This document shows, piece after piece, positions 21,937 to 30,960 of a DNA stretch of 64,000 nt. The first letter of the stretch is position 1. Every line of letters starts with the position of its first letter. The notes beneath the pieces are model-generated. The model did no database searches. It was not told where the DNA came from and saw nothing but the letters and a program-made list of their open reading frames with translations. A program made the position numbers and the translations under genes. The stretch is from an uncultured bacterium (GTDB taxonomy: Bacteria; SAR324; NAC60-12), in contig CBFIGY010000012.1 of the NCBI GenBank assembly GCA_965662235.1, positions 1 through 64,000 on the forward strand, written 5' to 3'.

Positions 21937-22906
21937 GCCCTTGCTGAAACTCACCGAGGTCACTCGGAGCTTTGTCCTGCGCCGGGCACAGTGGGGTCGC
22001 CCTGAAGAACGCCTGCAGGCGGTGGGGGGCGTGAGCCTAGACCTTCCTGCCGGAGCGGCGCTGGGGGTGGTGGGAGAATCCGGCTGCGGAAAGTCCACGC
22101 TGGCCCGGATGATGGTGGGGCTGGATGAGCCGACCAGCGGGGAGTTGCTTTTCAAGCAGCGCTCCTTGCAGGAGTGGCTGAAGGAAGACGCCCTCGCGTT
22201 CCGGCGTTCTGTGCAGATGGTGTTTCAGGACCCTGCCGGATCCCTGAACCCGCGGCAGCGCATTCAGGACCTGCTGGACCTCCAACTTCGGCGCCTTACT
22301 CCCTGGCCCGGGGAGCAGCGGCAGCAACGCATCCGGGAAGTGCTCGATCAGGTTCAGCTGCCCACGACCGCTCTGGGGCGCTTCCCGCACGAGTTTTCCG
22401 GAGGTCAGGCGCAGCGGATCAGCATTGCTCGGGCGCTGGTGTCGATGCCAGAACTGGTGGTCCTCGACGAGCCGGTTTCGGCGCTAGATGTTTCGGTGCA
22501 GGCGCAGATCCTTCAGCTGCTGGACACGATGCGCCGGGAGCTGGGCGTGACGTACCTGTTCATCAGTCACGACCTGGCCGTGGTGGAGCAGCTGTGTCCT
22601 GACACCGTGGTCATGTACGCGGGACGCCTGGTGGAGCGGGGTCCTACTTCAGAGCTGTTCCGGAACCGGCGTCACCCGTATACCGACCTGCTGGTCCGCA
22701 GCGTTCCGGTTCCGGGACAGACGCTGTCGATTCAACCGGGGAAGGCCTTTGAGGTGGCTTCAGGCACGGGGTGTGCGTTCGCGCCCCGCTGTCCACGTGC
22801 GACCGATCACTGCCGGGAGCAGCCGGTGCTGCAACCGGTGCCTTCTTCTTCTGGGCACGCCTGTGCCTGTCACCACCTGCTGGATGAAGCCTGTGACGTC
22901 CTCTGA
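21929..22906 (+). CDS. Peptide ABC ATP-binding protein (DppF-like)
   Basis: GESGCGKST, HEFSGGQAQR and DEPVSALD motifs, with a C-terminal GCAFAPRCP Cys cluster. Confidence 0.92.
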   Translation: MPEPLLKLTEVTRSFVLRRAQWGRPEERLQAVGGVSLDLPAGAALGVVGESGCGKSTLARMMVGLDEPTSGELLFKQRSLQEWLKEDALAFRRSVQMVFQDPAGSLNPRQRIQDLLDLQLRRLTPWPGEQRQQRIREVLDQVQLPTTALGRFPHEFSGGQAQRISIARALVSMPELVVLDEPVSALDVSVQAQILQLLDTMRRELGVTYLFISHDLAVVEQLCPDTVVMYAGRLVERGPTSELFRNRRHPYTDLLVRSVPVPGQTLSIQPGKAFEVASGTGCAFAPRCPRATDHCREQPVLQPVPSSSGHACACHHLLDEACDVL

Positions 22907-23939
22907 TGCTTTTTTGTTGGAAACCCTCCAGACGCTGACGCGGATTCCGAGTCCGAGCGGACGCACGGAAGAGGTGGTGCAGTGGACAGAGGACCTGCTG
23001 CGAAGCTGGGGCCTGACGCCAACCCGGACGCGTCGTGGGGCGCTCAAGGTTCGCCTTTCAGGACGCGACACGCAGCGGGCCCGGGCCCTGACGGCGCACC
23101 TGGACACACTGGGGGCGATGGTCCGGAACCTCAAGGACAACGGCCGGTGCTCCCTGGCATCGGTTGGAACCTGGTCCAGCCGTTTTGCAGAAGGAGCACG
23201 GGTGACGCTGCACACCGATGAACAGGACTACCGCGGGACCATCTTGCCGCTGCTGGCGTCAGGACACGCCTACAACGAAAAGGTGGACCAGCAGCCCGTC
23301 AACTGGGATCAGGTGGAGCTGCGCATCGACGAGCCCTGCCTCAACCGATCCCACCTAGAAGCACTGGGCGTGCAGCCCGGAGACTTTGTTTCGGTGGATA
23401 CCGGGACCGAGGTGCTGGAGAACGGGTTCATCTTCTCAAGGCACCTGGACGACAAGGCGGGTGTGGCCGCGTTGCTGAATGCACTCCGGCTGTTGGTTGA
23501 GGCGCAGGTGGAGCTTCCGTGCAACACGGACCTCATCCTCACCGTCCGGGAGGAACTGGGCGACGGCGGCTCAGCGGTGCTGACTTCGGATGTCTGGGAG
23601 CTGGTGACCATTGACAACGGCGTGCAGGCGGCGACTCAGCACTCCCGGGAGTTTGGCGTCACCCTCGCGGCTGGTGACAAGACGGGGCCGTTTGACCGGA
23701 ACCTCGTCCGGCACCTGACGCAGCTCTGTGTCGAGCACAACCTCCAGCATCAGCGGGACCTGTTCCGGCACTACCGTTCCGACCTTGCTGCGGCTGTGGA
23801 GGCCGGTTTCGACGTCCGTACCGCCTTGATTGCCATTGGGCTTGATGGCAGCCACGGCCACGAGCGCACGCACCTGGATGCCCTCCGGACGGCTTCGGAG
23901 CTGGCGCGACTCTACCTCCTTTCCCCTCTTCTGGACTGA
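22893..23939 (+). CDS. M42-family peptidase, NAGGN-system (TIGR03106-like) type
   Basis: IPSPSG, AHLDTLGAMV, GTWSSRFAEGARV, LASGH, SRHLDDKAG, EELG and GSHGHERTH motifs. Start is either 22884 or 22893. Confidence 0.8.
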   Translation: MTSSDAFLLETLQTLTRIPSPSGRTEEVVQWTEDLLRSWGLTPTRTRRGALKVRLSGRDTQRARALTAHLDTLGAMVRNLKDNGRCSLASVGTWSSRFAEGARVTLHTDEQDYRGTILPLLASGHAYNEKVDQQPVNWDQVELRIDEPCLNRSHLEALGVQPGDFVSVDTGTEVLENGFIFSRHLDDKAGVAALLNALRLLVEAQVELPCNTDLILTVREELGDGGSAVLTSDVWELVTIDNGVQAATQHSREFGVTLAAGDKTGPFDRNLVRHLTQLCVEHNLQHQRDLFRHYRSDLAAAVEAGFDVRTALIAIGLDGSHGHERTHLDALRTASELARLYLLSPLLD

Positions 23940-23942
23940 ACC

Positions 23943-25178
23943 GTGACCCTACGCATCAATGGAAACCGCCTCTGGGAAAGCCTGGTGACTCTGGCCGAAA
24001 TCGGAGGCACTCCGCAAGGAGGCGTGTCTCGTGTGGCACTGAGTGAGGAAGACCGTCGGGCCCGGGACCTGCTGCGTGAGTGGGCGGCTTCGTCCATTGA
24101 TGAAACCCACATTGATGAGGCCGGGAACATCTTCCTGATCCGTTCTGGCAACGAGCCTCAGGCGCCGTTGCTGCTGACCGGCAGCCACTTGGATACGCAG
24201 CTTCACGGCGGTCGCTTTGATGGCGCTTATGGCGTGATGGCCGGGCTGGAGGTGCTCCGGACGCTGGCTGAGCAGCAGCAGCGACTTCCGTATGGCGTGG
24301 CGCTTGTGTGCTGGACCAATGAGGAGGAAGCCCGCTACTGTCCGGCGATGGGCTCTGCCGTGTTTGTGGGCAAGCAGACCCCTGAATCGGCATGGGCCTG
24401 TGTTGGCAATGACGGCAGCGTGTTTGGCGAGCGCCTGCGTCAGATCGGCTATGCCGGGACGTCCCGGACGTTGCCGCTGCAGGCGTACTTTGAGGTCCAC
24501 ATTGAACAGGGACCCGTGCTGGAGCAGGAGTCGCTTTCTATCGGAGTGGTGGAAGGCGCACAGGGGCAGATCGCCTTTGACGTGCTCATCCGCGGTGAAG
24601 CCGGGCACTCCGGAACCGTTCCCATGCGGCTTCGACACGATGCCATGGCCTGTGCCACAGAAGCCATCCAGGCCTGCCATCAGCTCGTGCTGGCTGAGGG
24701 AAAGGGCGTGTTCACCGTGGGAGCCTTTGCGCTGGAACCAAACTCGCGGACCACCATTCCCGGCGAGGTGTGCTTTGGTGTGGATCTGCGGCACCCGGAG
24801 GCGGCTCAGCTCGTGACACTTCGGCAGCAGCTGGAAGCACAGGTCCGAACGATCGCCGCAGCGCACGGTTGCTCCTTGGAGGTGAACCCGCTGTTTCACA
24901 AGGAGCCTGTGGTGTTTCATGCCGACTGCATCACGTCTGTTCAGGCGGCCACCGAACAGCTGGGGTACCCCTTCCGGCGGATGGCGTCTGGGGCGTTCCA
25001 CGACGCGTGCCTGCTGGCAGAAGTCACCCCGACCGGAATGATCTTTGTTCCCAGTCAGCAGGGAATCAGTCATAATCCCTTGGAGTATACCGCTCCGGAG
25101 GAACTGGAGCGTGGCGCGAATGTTCTCCTGCACGCCCTTTTGCGGCATGCTGAAACCCCTTTAAGGCACAATGGCTGA
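23943..25178 (+). CDS. M20 Zn-dependent amidohydrolase (N-carbamoyl-L-amino acid / allantoate hydrolase family)
   Basis: GSHLDTQ..GGRFDGAYG, WTNEE, EVHIEQG, HSGTVPM, SGAFHDA and GISHNP motifs. Confidence 0.88.
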   Translation: MTLRINGNRLWESLVTLAEIGGTPQGGVSRVALSEEDRRARDLLREWAASSIDETHIDEAGNIFLIRSGNEPQAPLLLTGSHLDTQLHGGRFDGAYGVMAGLEVLRTLAEQQQRLPYGVALVCWTNEEEARYCPAMGSAVFVGKQTPESAWACVGNDGSVFGERLRQIGYAGTSRTLPLQAYFEVHIEQGPVLEQESLSIGVVEGAQGQIAFDVLIRGEAGHSGTVPMRLRHDAMACATEAIQACHQLVLAEGKGVFTVGAFALEPNSRTTIPGEVCFGVDLRHPEAAQLVTLRQQLEAQVRTIAAAHGCSLEVNPLFHKEPVVFHADCITSVQAATEQLGYPFRRMASGAFHDACLLAEVTPTGMIFVPSQQGISHNPLEYTAPEELERGANVLLHALLRHAETPLRHNG

Positions 25179-25908
25179 CGAGCACCCCCGTCCCACCCGC
25201 AAACGTTCGGATGTGGTCGCGGAACAGATCAAGGAAGACATCATCAACAAACGCCTTCCTGCAGGGGAACGGCTTTTTGATGAGAAGGACTTTCTGAAGA
25301 CCTATCGGGTGAGCAAGGGGACCATGCGGGAGGCGCTCAAGGCGCTGGAGGTGCAGGGGTTGGTGAACATCCGAACCGGACCCGGCGGGGGGGCTTCGGT
25401 GTCTCGGGTGAGTCCCGAAAAAGCCAACGAGCTGCTGTGGAACTATTTCTTCTCCCGGAACGTCTCGGTGGAGGACATCTACGCGATCCGCAAGGTCATT
25501 GAGCCTGAGCTGGCAGCTAGCGTGGCACAGCACCTGGAACCAGAGGACCTAGCGCATCTAGAGGAATGCGTGGGGCACTGTGCCATTGAAGGCTTTGAAG
25601 CAAGCGACCGGGCCCAGCGCATCCAGGAACTCGACTTCCACCTCGTCCTCGCCGATGCCTGCCCCAACCCCGTCCTCTCCTTCTTTGCCAAGTTCATCCT
25701 CAGCCTGCTGGCCCGCATCTTCATTCATGAGGAAATGGACTCTGATCCCAGCATCAGCGAGCAGCATCGCCAGCACGGGGTGGACTACCACCGGAACCTC
25801 TTGGAAGCCTTCCGGGCCCGGAACCCCGAGATGGCGCGGCAGGTGATGATTGAACACATGGAGTCCGCTGAGGCCTTCATGCTCCAGTGCAACGCCTCTG
25901 CTCACTGA
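25171..25908 (+). CDS. GntR/FadR-family regulator (FCD domain)
   Basis: wHTH VSKGTMREALKALEVQGLV..RTGPGGG, followed by FCD features (R..IE, DFH, N..L, H, HM). Confidence 0.9.
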   Translation: MADEHPRPTRKRSDVVAEQIKEDIINKRLPAGERLFDEKDFLKTYRVSKGTMREALKALEVQGLVNIRTGPGGGASVSRVSPEKANELLWNYFFSRNVSVEDIYAIRKVIEPELAASVAQHLEPEDLAHLEECVGHCAIEGFEASDRAQRIQELDFHLVLADACPNPVLSFFAKFILSLLARIFIHEEMDSDPSISEQHRQHGVDYHRNLLEAFRARNPEMARQVMIEHMESAEAFMLQCNASAH

Positions 25909-26060
25909 GTGGATTTTCTCTGCTCGTGCCCCGAAAAATCCCCCGCTGACTGGCTCCGGACTTGCGAATTCGTGACGGAACTGCCAGAAAGTCTTGTCTT
26001 TACCACCATCTAAGCTATTTTGATTAGTTTGCAGATTCACCTCGGCTTGCAAAGGAAACC

Positions 26061-26813
26061 GTGCGCAACAAGCTGATTGCAGGAAATTGGAAGATGAACG
26101 GCTCGGCAGAGCTGGTACTGGAAATGTGTTCTGCCCTGTCCTCAGAATTGAAAGGCCTCCAGAGCGAGGTCCTGATGTGCCCGCCCTTCACGCTGCTCCG
26201 GAAGCTCCGGGAAGCGGCAGAGGGAACCGAAATTCGGGTGGGCGCCCAGAATGTTCACAGTCAGGTCAGTGGCGCCTACACGGGTGAAATTGCTGCCCCG
26301 ATGCTTCAAGACGCGGGAGCGACCTACTGTCTGGTGGGGCACTCGGAGCGCCGGAGTTACTTCGGTGAGACCGATGCCATTGTCCGTGACAAGGTGGCGG
26401 TGCTGCTGCAGCACGCCATTCAACCGGTTGTCTGCGTGGGGGAAACCCTAGAGCAGCGTGAGCAGGGCACCCATGAGTCCACCGTGGCCCAGCAGCTCCG
26501 GGGAGCATTCTCAGAAATTGCTTCTGCCGACCAGCAACGCTGCGTCATTGCCTATGAGCCCGTGTGGGCCATTGGAACAGGAAAGACTGCCACGCCGGAG
26601 CAGGCCAACGCCATGCACGCCTTCGTCCGTGAAGAAATGGGACGCCTGGCGAGTCCGGAAATTGCTGCAGGCCTCCGCATCCTCTATGGTGGCAGTGTCA
26701 ACGCCAAGAATGCTGAGGAGCTGATGTCCCAGCCCGAAATTGACGGAGCCCTTGTGGGAGGCGCAAGCCTCAAGCCCGCCGACTTCCTGACAATCATTCA
26801 AGCGGGTGGTTAA
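26061..26813 (+). CDS. tpiA: Triosephosphate isomerase
   Basis: AGNWKMN, GHSERR, AYEPVWAIGTG, YGGSV and LVGGASL motifs. Confidence 0.98.
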   Translation: MRNKLIAGNWKMNGSAELVLEMCSALSSELKGLQSEVLMCPPFTLLRKLREAAEGTEIRVGAQNVHSQVSGAYTGEIAAPMLQDAGATYCLVGHSERRSYFGETDAIVRDKVAVLLQHAIQPVVCVGETLEQREQGTHESTVAQQLRGAFSEIASADQQRCVIAYEPVWAIGTGKTATPEQANAMHAFVREEMGRLASPEIAAGLRILYGGSVNAKNAEELMSQPEIDGALVGGASLKPADFLTIIQAGG

Positions 26814-26847
26814 CCGCGTCATTCCTTCACCCTAACCCTCAGGTTTC

Positions 26848-27258
26848 ATGTTCAGTATCCTCTTGATCATCCACGTAGCCGCTTGTCTGATGATCATCTT
26901 CTTTGTGCTTCTTCAGTCCGGACGTGGAGCTGAGTTGGGCGCGGCCTTCGGAAGCGCTGGTCAGGCAAACTCCGTACGCAGTCAGATGACCGGGGTTGCC
27001 AAGATCACCACCGGAGTGGCCATCGTCTTCATGCTCACCTCCCTCTCGCTGGCCTACCTCTCTTCAGAGGCTGCGAAGGATTCAGTGGTGACGACGACTC
27101 AGGAGGCACAGGTGATTCCGGGAACTGAGGCCCCCGTTGTGGAAACCCCCACGGAGCCTGCGGCTCAGCCGGGAACCATTGAACTGACTTCTGAGGAAGA
27201 GAAGCCCTCCGATCTGCTGGAGCAGAAAGCAGCCCCACCGGTTCAGTCCCAACAGTAA
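26848..27258 (+). CDS. secG: Preprotein translocase subunit SecG
   Basis: Two TMs with VLLQSGRGAELGAAFG. Follows tpiA. Confidence 0.92.
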   Translation: MFSILLIIHVAACLMIIFFVLLQSGRGAELGAAFGSAGQANSVRSQMTGVAKITTGVAIVFMLTSLSLAYLSSEAAKDSVVTTTQEAQVIPGTEAPVVETPTEPAAQPGTIELTSEEEKPSDLLEQKAAPPVQSQQ

Positions 27259-27268
27259 GCCTGAGCGC

Positions 27269-27781
27269 ATGAAGACGCTCTACCTCCTCCGCCATGCCAA
27301 ATCCTCCTGGGACCACCCGGAGGTGGCGGACTTCGACCGCGAACTCAACGCCCGAGGGGAGCAAGCCGCCCCTCGCATGGCGCAGGTCCTGGAGCACCTC
27401 CGTCCTGTCCCTGACTTCCTTCTGACCTCCACAGCTCGTCGAGCGCTGCAGACCGCAGAACGGGTGCGTGCGCACCTGAGCACTCCCCTGACGCAACACG
27501 AGGAAGCAGGCCTCTACCTAGCCTCTGACGCCACGCTTCTGCAGCACATTCAGCAGGTGCCGGCCTCTGCGCAAGGGTTGGTGGTGGTTGCCCACAACCC
27601 GGGCCTGGCTGACCTCATCGAAGCCCTCTGCTTTGGACAAACCTTTGGGCATGTGGCCCTGAAGACCGCGGGTCTGGCGGTGCTGGACGTGACTGCCGAT
27701 GGCTGGGAACAGGTGTTTCCGGGTTCGGCGACGCTGCGGGCGCTGCTGCCTTCTCGGCTGATGCACGACCTCCTTTCTTAA
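27269..27781 (+). CDS. sixA: SixA-type phosphohistidine phosphatase
   Basis: LYLLRHAKSSW, DFDRELNARG, STARRALQT and VAHNPG motifs. Confidence 0.85.
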   Translation: MKTLYLLRHAKSSWDHPEVADFDRELNARGEQAAPRMAQVLEHLRPVPDFLLTSTARRALQTAERVRAHLSTPLTQHEEAGLYLASDATLLQHIQQVPASAQGLVVVAHNPGLADLIEALCFGQTFGHVALKTAGLAVLDVTADGWEQVFPGSATLRALLPSRLMHDLLS

Positions 27782-27823
27782 AGTCAGACCCTCTCTTTTC
27801 TCCTCTTCTCTCTGAAAGCTTTC

Positions 27824-28276
27824 ATGCGTGATGCGAAACACGATGTCCGGAGCGACTACCCGCACTTCCTGCAGATTCCCACACGTTGGATGGACAACGA
27901 CGTCTATGGACACGTCAACAACGTGGTGTACTATTCCTACTTTGACACAGTGGTGAACGAGAACCTGCTGCGCCGGTTGGGAAAGGACATCCGCACCCTT
28001 GAGGCAATTGGGGTGGTGGTGGAAACCGGGTGCCGCTACTACCAGGAGCTGAGCTTTCCTGAGGTGATTGATGCGGGGTTGCGGACCGTGAAGATAGGGC
28101 GCACCAGCGTGGTGTATGAAATTGCCCTCTTCCGTGAAGGAGAAGCGAATCCGGCAGCAACCGGACGCTTTGTGCACGTGTACGTGGATCAGGTCAATCG
28201 ACGTCCCGTGGAGATTCCAGCCGAGCTGCGTGCGGTGATGGAGTCCATCTACGTTGAGGTCCCAGACGCGGGTTAG
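27824..28276 (+). CDS. Hotdog-fold acyl-CoA thioesterase (4HBT family)
   Basis: [22 protein letters not shown] motif. Confidence 0.88.
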   Translation: MRDAKHDVRSDYPHFLQIPTRWMDNDVYGHVNNVVYYSYFDTVVNENLLRRLGKDIRTLEAIGVVVETGCRYYQELSFPEVIDAGLRTVKIGRTSVVYEIALFREGEANPAATGRFVHVYVDQVNRRPVEIPAELRAVMESIYVEVPDAG

Positions 28277-29781
28277 ACCAGCACCAGGCCGGTTTCTTTT
28301 TCGTCCGTGAGCCCGGCCTGCACCAGAGCCCGAGCGGTTTCCTCAAGCCGACGGAAGTACACCTCCGGATGAGGCGTCACTAGGTCGGCGCCGGTTTTTC
28401 CCTCCCGAATGCGTTCCTGCACCACCGGTCCAACCTCCAGTACCTCATACACCGGCACCCGCCCTGAGTAGCCGGTGCCCTGACAGTGGGGGCATCCGAC
28501 CGCCCGGTGGCGATGCGGCGGGCAGCACCTTCGGACCAACCGTTGCGCGACCACTAGCAGCAGCGTCTCCGCCAGCAGGTCGTGACCGAGCCCCAGGTTT
28601 TCCAAACGCTGAAGTGCTGTGACCGCATTGTTGCTGTGCAGGGTCGACAGCACCAGGTGCCCCGTCAGGGCCGCCTTGAGGGCAATGCCAGCGGTTTCCT
28701 CATCTCGAATTTCTCCCACCAACAGCACATCCGGATCCTGACGCAGCGCAGCGCGAAGGGCTTCGGCAAACCCTAGGCCTGCCTCTGGATCCACCGAAAC
28801 CTGTGTGATTCCCGGAATCTGATACTCCACTGGATTTTCAATAGTGAAGAGGTGCTTCTCCCGTGAGTGGATGGTCCGGAGGAGGGCATAGAGGGTGGTG
28901 GTCTTGCCACTTCCGGTGGGACCCACCAGGAGGATCAGCCCACTGGGCGCCTGTGCCGCCTGCTGAAGCACCGGGAGGTCGGCTTCCAGAAAACCAAGGG
29001 CGTCGAGTCGGTGCTGCACCGGCACTTGATCCAGCAGACGGAGGACGAGCTTTTCGCCCTGAAGGCTGGGCATGCTGGAGACCCGGACGTCCACCAGCCG
29101 TCCGCCCTGAGAGTGATGGACAAAGTGTCCATCCTGCGGGCGCCGCCGGACCGCGATGTCCATGCCGGAAAGAATCTTCACCCGAGAAGTCAGGGACGCC
29201 CGGAGGTCGGGTGGAATGAGGTGCTGGTCTCGGAGGTGTCCATCAATCCGGAGCCGGAGGGTTGCGCCTTCCGGAGTGGGATCGAGGTGCAAGTCGGAGC
29301 TGCGGAGCTCCAAGGCTTCTTCCAGCAGTTGCTCCAGCACGGGCTCGGCCTGGGCTTCCGCCCCATAGGCAACTCGGTCGTCCGGGGGCGTCAAGGCGTT
29401 CCCTTCCTGCAGACCCAGGTACCACTTTAGAGGCGAGTTCAGGCAGCAGGTGGCCTGGGCCATGCCGTCCCAGCGACTTTCTAGGGTCAGGACCCCCAGC
29501 ACCTGCGAGCCCGACTGGTACAAGCGGATGCCGAACTGGTGTTGAAGGTGCTCGCGGAGTGGCGCATCGGGGAAGGGCGGAAACGAGTGAGAGGCCGGAA
29601 GCAGCGGGAGGCCGTAGCGTCGAGAGGCCTGAGCCAGCACCGTGGGTTCCTCCAAAAGGTTGAGGCGCACCAGCTCCTGCGCAAGAGCCCAGTCCGGAAG
29701 GGCGTGCTCGGTCCGGAAGCGGTGGAGCACTTCGGAAGAAAGGATGCCGGCAGCAACAAGGTCGTCCAGCAGCGAAGGCAT
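28273..29781 (-). CDS. GspE/PilB-family secretion/pilus ATPase
   Basis: SDLHLDP, RRPQDG, Walker A GPTGSGKTT, ENPVEY, LRQDPDVLLVGEIRD, TGHLVLSTLH and GCPHCQGTGYSGR motifs. Confidence 0.9.
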   Translation of the reverse strand: MPSLLDDLVAAGILSSEVLHRFRTEHALPDWALAQELVRLNLLEEPTVLAQASRRYGLPLLPASHSFPPFPDAPLREHLQHQFGIRLYQSGSQVLGVLTLESRWDGMAQATCCLNSPLKWYLGLQEGNALTPPDDRVAYGAEAQAEPVLEQLLEEALELRSSDLHLDPTPEGATLRLRIDGHLRDQHLIPPDLRASLTSRVKILSGMDIAVRRRPQDGHFVHHSQGGRLVDVRVSSMPSLQGEKLVLRLLDQVPVQHRLDALGFLEADLPVLQQAAQAPSGLILLVGPTGSGKTTTLYALLRTIHSREKHLFTIENPVEYQIPGITQVSVDPEAGLGFAEALRAALRQDPDVLLVGEIRDEETAGIALKAALTGHLVLSTLHSNNAVTALQRLENLGLGHDLLAETLLLVVAQRLVRRCCPPHRHRAVGCPHCQGTGYSGRVPVYEVLEVGPVVQERIREGKTGADLVTPHPEVYFRRLEETARALVQAGLTDEKETGLVLV

Positions 29782-29787
29782 AGCCGA

Positions 29788-30870
29788 TCAGGGGGTGAAG
29801 TCCGGGGGCGGTTTGCGAACATTGTTCTTGAACGCCGGTTCCGGAGGCGATGCAGGCGGGGCAGAAGCAGAGGCGGGAGGTGTGTCCTTGAAGGACTCAT
29901 CGGATGAGAGCACCGGGGCTGACTGGGTCCAGCGCTGAACGGAGTCTCGCACCAGTTCCAGCTGTGCCATGAGGGCGTCCCGTTGGGTTTTGTTGAGGCG
30001 GTCCCAGCCCTTGGTGATGCCGTCAAACACCTCCCGGAGGTGCCGACGTTGACTGAAGGAGCCTCCTTCTGGAAGCTGAGTGACGCTGGGGCGCAGGCGG
30101 CTCATGCGGAGCTTCTGCTCCCGGCTGCGCAGCTCGTTGTAGTTCCAGCGGAACACGGAGGCAATCCGTCGCAGCAGCTCATCGTCTGGGGCGACTTCCC
30201 CGGCCTCCAGCAGCTCATAGTAGTCGGGGCTGACCTCGAGCAGGAGCGAGACGCCGTCTATGGACTGGCCTAGGCCTTCTCGGGTTTGGCGCAGCAGGGT
30301 TCCGATTCCGGAGGTGGGGTGTTCCTCAAGTTCCGGAAGCTGCAGAGGCGCCGCTGGGGGCAGGCGTTCACGGAGCTCCTCAAAGGAAAGGGGCTTCTGG
30401 GGGCCGGTGAAGACCATGGCGTTGTGCCGCCGAACCCGTTGACGGACCTGGTGAAAGTTCCAACGGTAGAGCGTGCAGAGCCGCTGCAGCAGTTCTTCCG
30501 GAACCGACTCCCCGGCTTCAAAGGACGCATACTGCTCCTCCGGAATGCCCATCAGGGTGGCAATGCCCAGAGGCGGTTGCCCGGCGTTTTCCCGTGCCTC
30601 CCGGAGCATCTTGGCAAGGCTCCACTGTTCTGAAGACGGTTCTTCCACGCGTTTGCGATGGGAAGGCGTTCGCTGTGCCAGCTGCTTGACCTCCTGATAG
30701 TTCCACTCAAAGAGCGCACACAGGCGTTCCAGAACGTCTTCTGGTGGAATCCAGTTCTCTTCCAGCCGTGCGTAGTCTTCCGGATCCATCTGCATCAGCA
30801 GCGCCAGCGCTTCCACGCTTTGACCGATGTTGAGGCGGAAGTCACGGATCATTTCATTGAGTTTGGCCAT
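29788..30870 (-). CDS. Protein with three tandem XRE-like HTH domains
   Basis: Three ~60-aa repeats (L...R...GQS/P...A.L.......Y..LE....P....L.R....F/Y.WN[YF]) and a Pro-rich tail. Confidence 0.7.
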   Translation of the reverse strand: MAKLNEMIRDFRLNIGQSVEALALLMQMDPEDYARLEENWIPPEDVLERLCALFEWNYQEVKQLAQRTPSHRKRVEEPSSEQWSLAKMLREARENAGQPPLGIATLMGIPEEQYASFEAGESVPEELLQRLCTLYRWNFHQVRQRVRRHNAMVFTGPQKPLSFEELRERLPPAAPLQLPELEEHPTSGIGTLLRQTREGLGQSIDGVSLLLEVSPDYYELLEAGEVAPDDELLRRIASVFRWNYNELRSREQKLRMSRLRPSVTQLPEGGSFSQRRHLREVFDGITKGWDRLNKTQRDALMAQLELVRDSVQRWTQSAPVLSSDESFKDTPPASASAPPASPPEPAFKNNVRKPPPDFTP

Positions 30871-30960
30871 GGTTGGGCATGAGTCTTGGATTCAGAGCCT
30901 GTTGCCCCTTCCCCTTTGATCACCTGAACGCGGGAGACGGGCCTATTGGGATTCAAGGTT

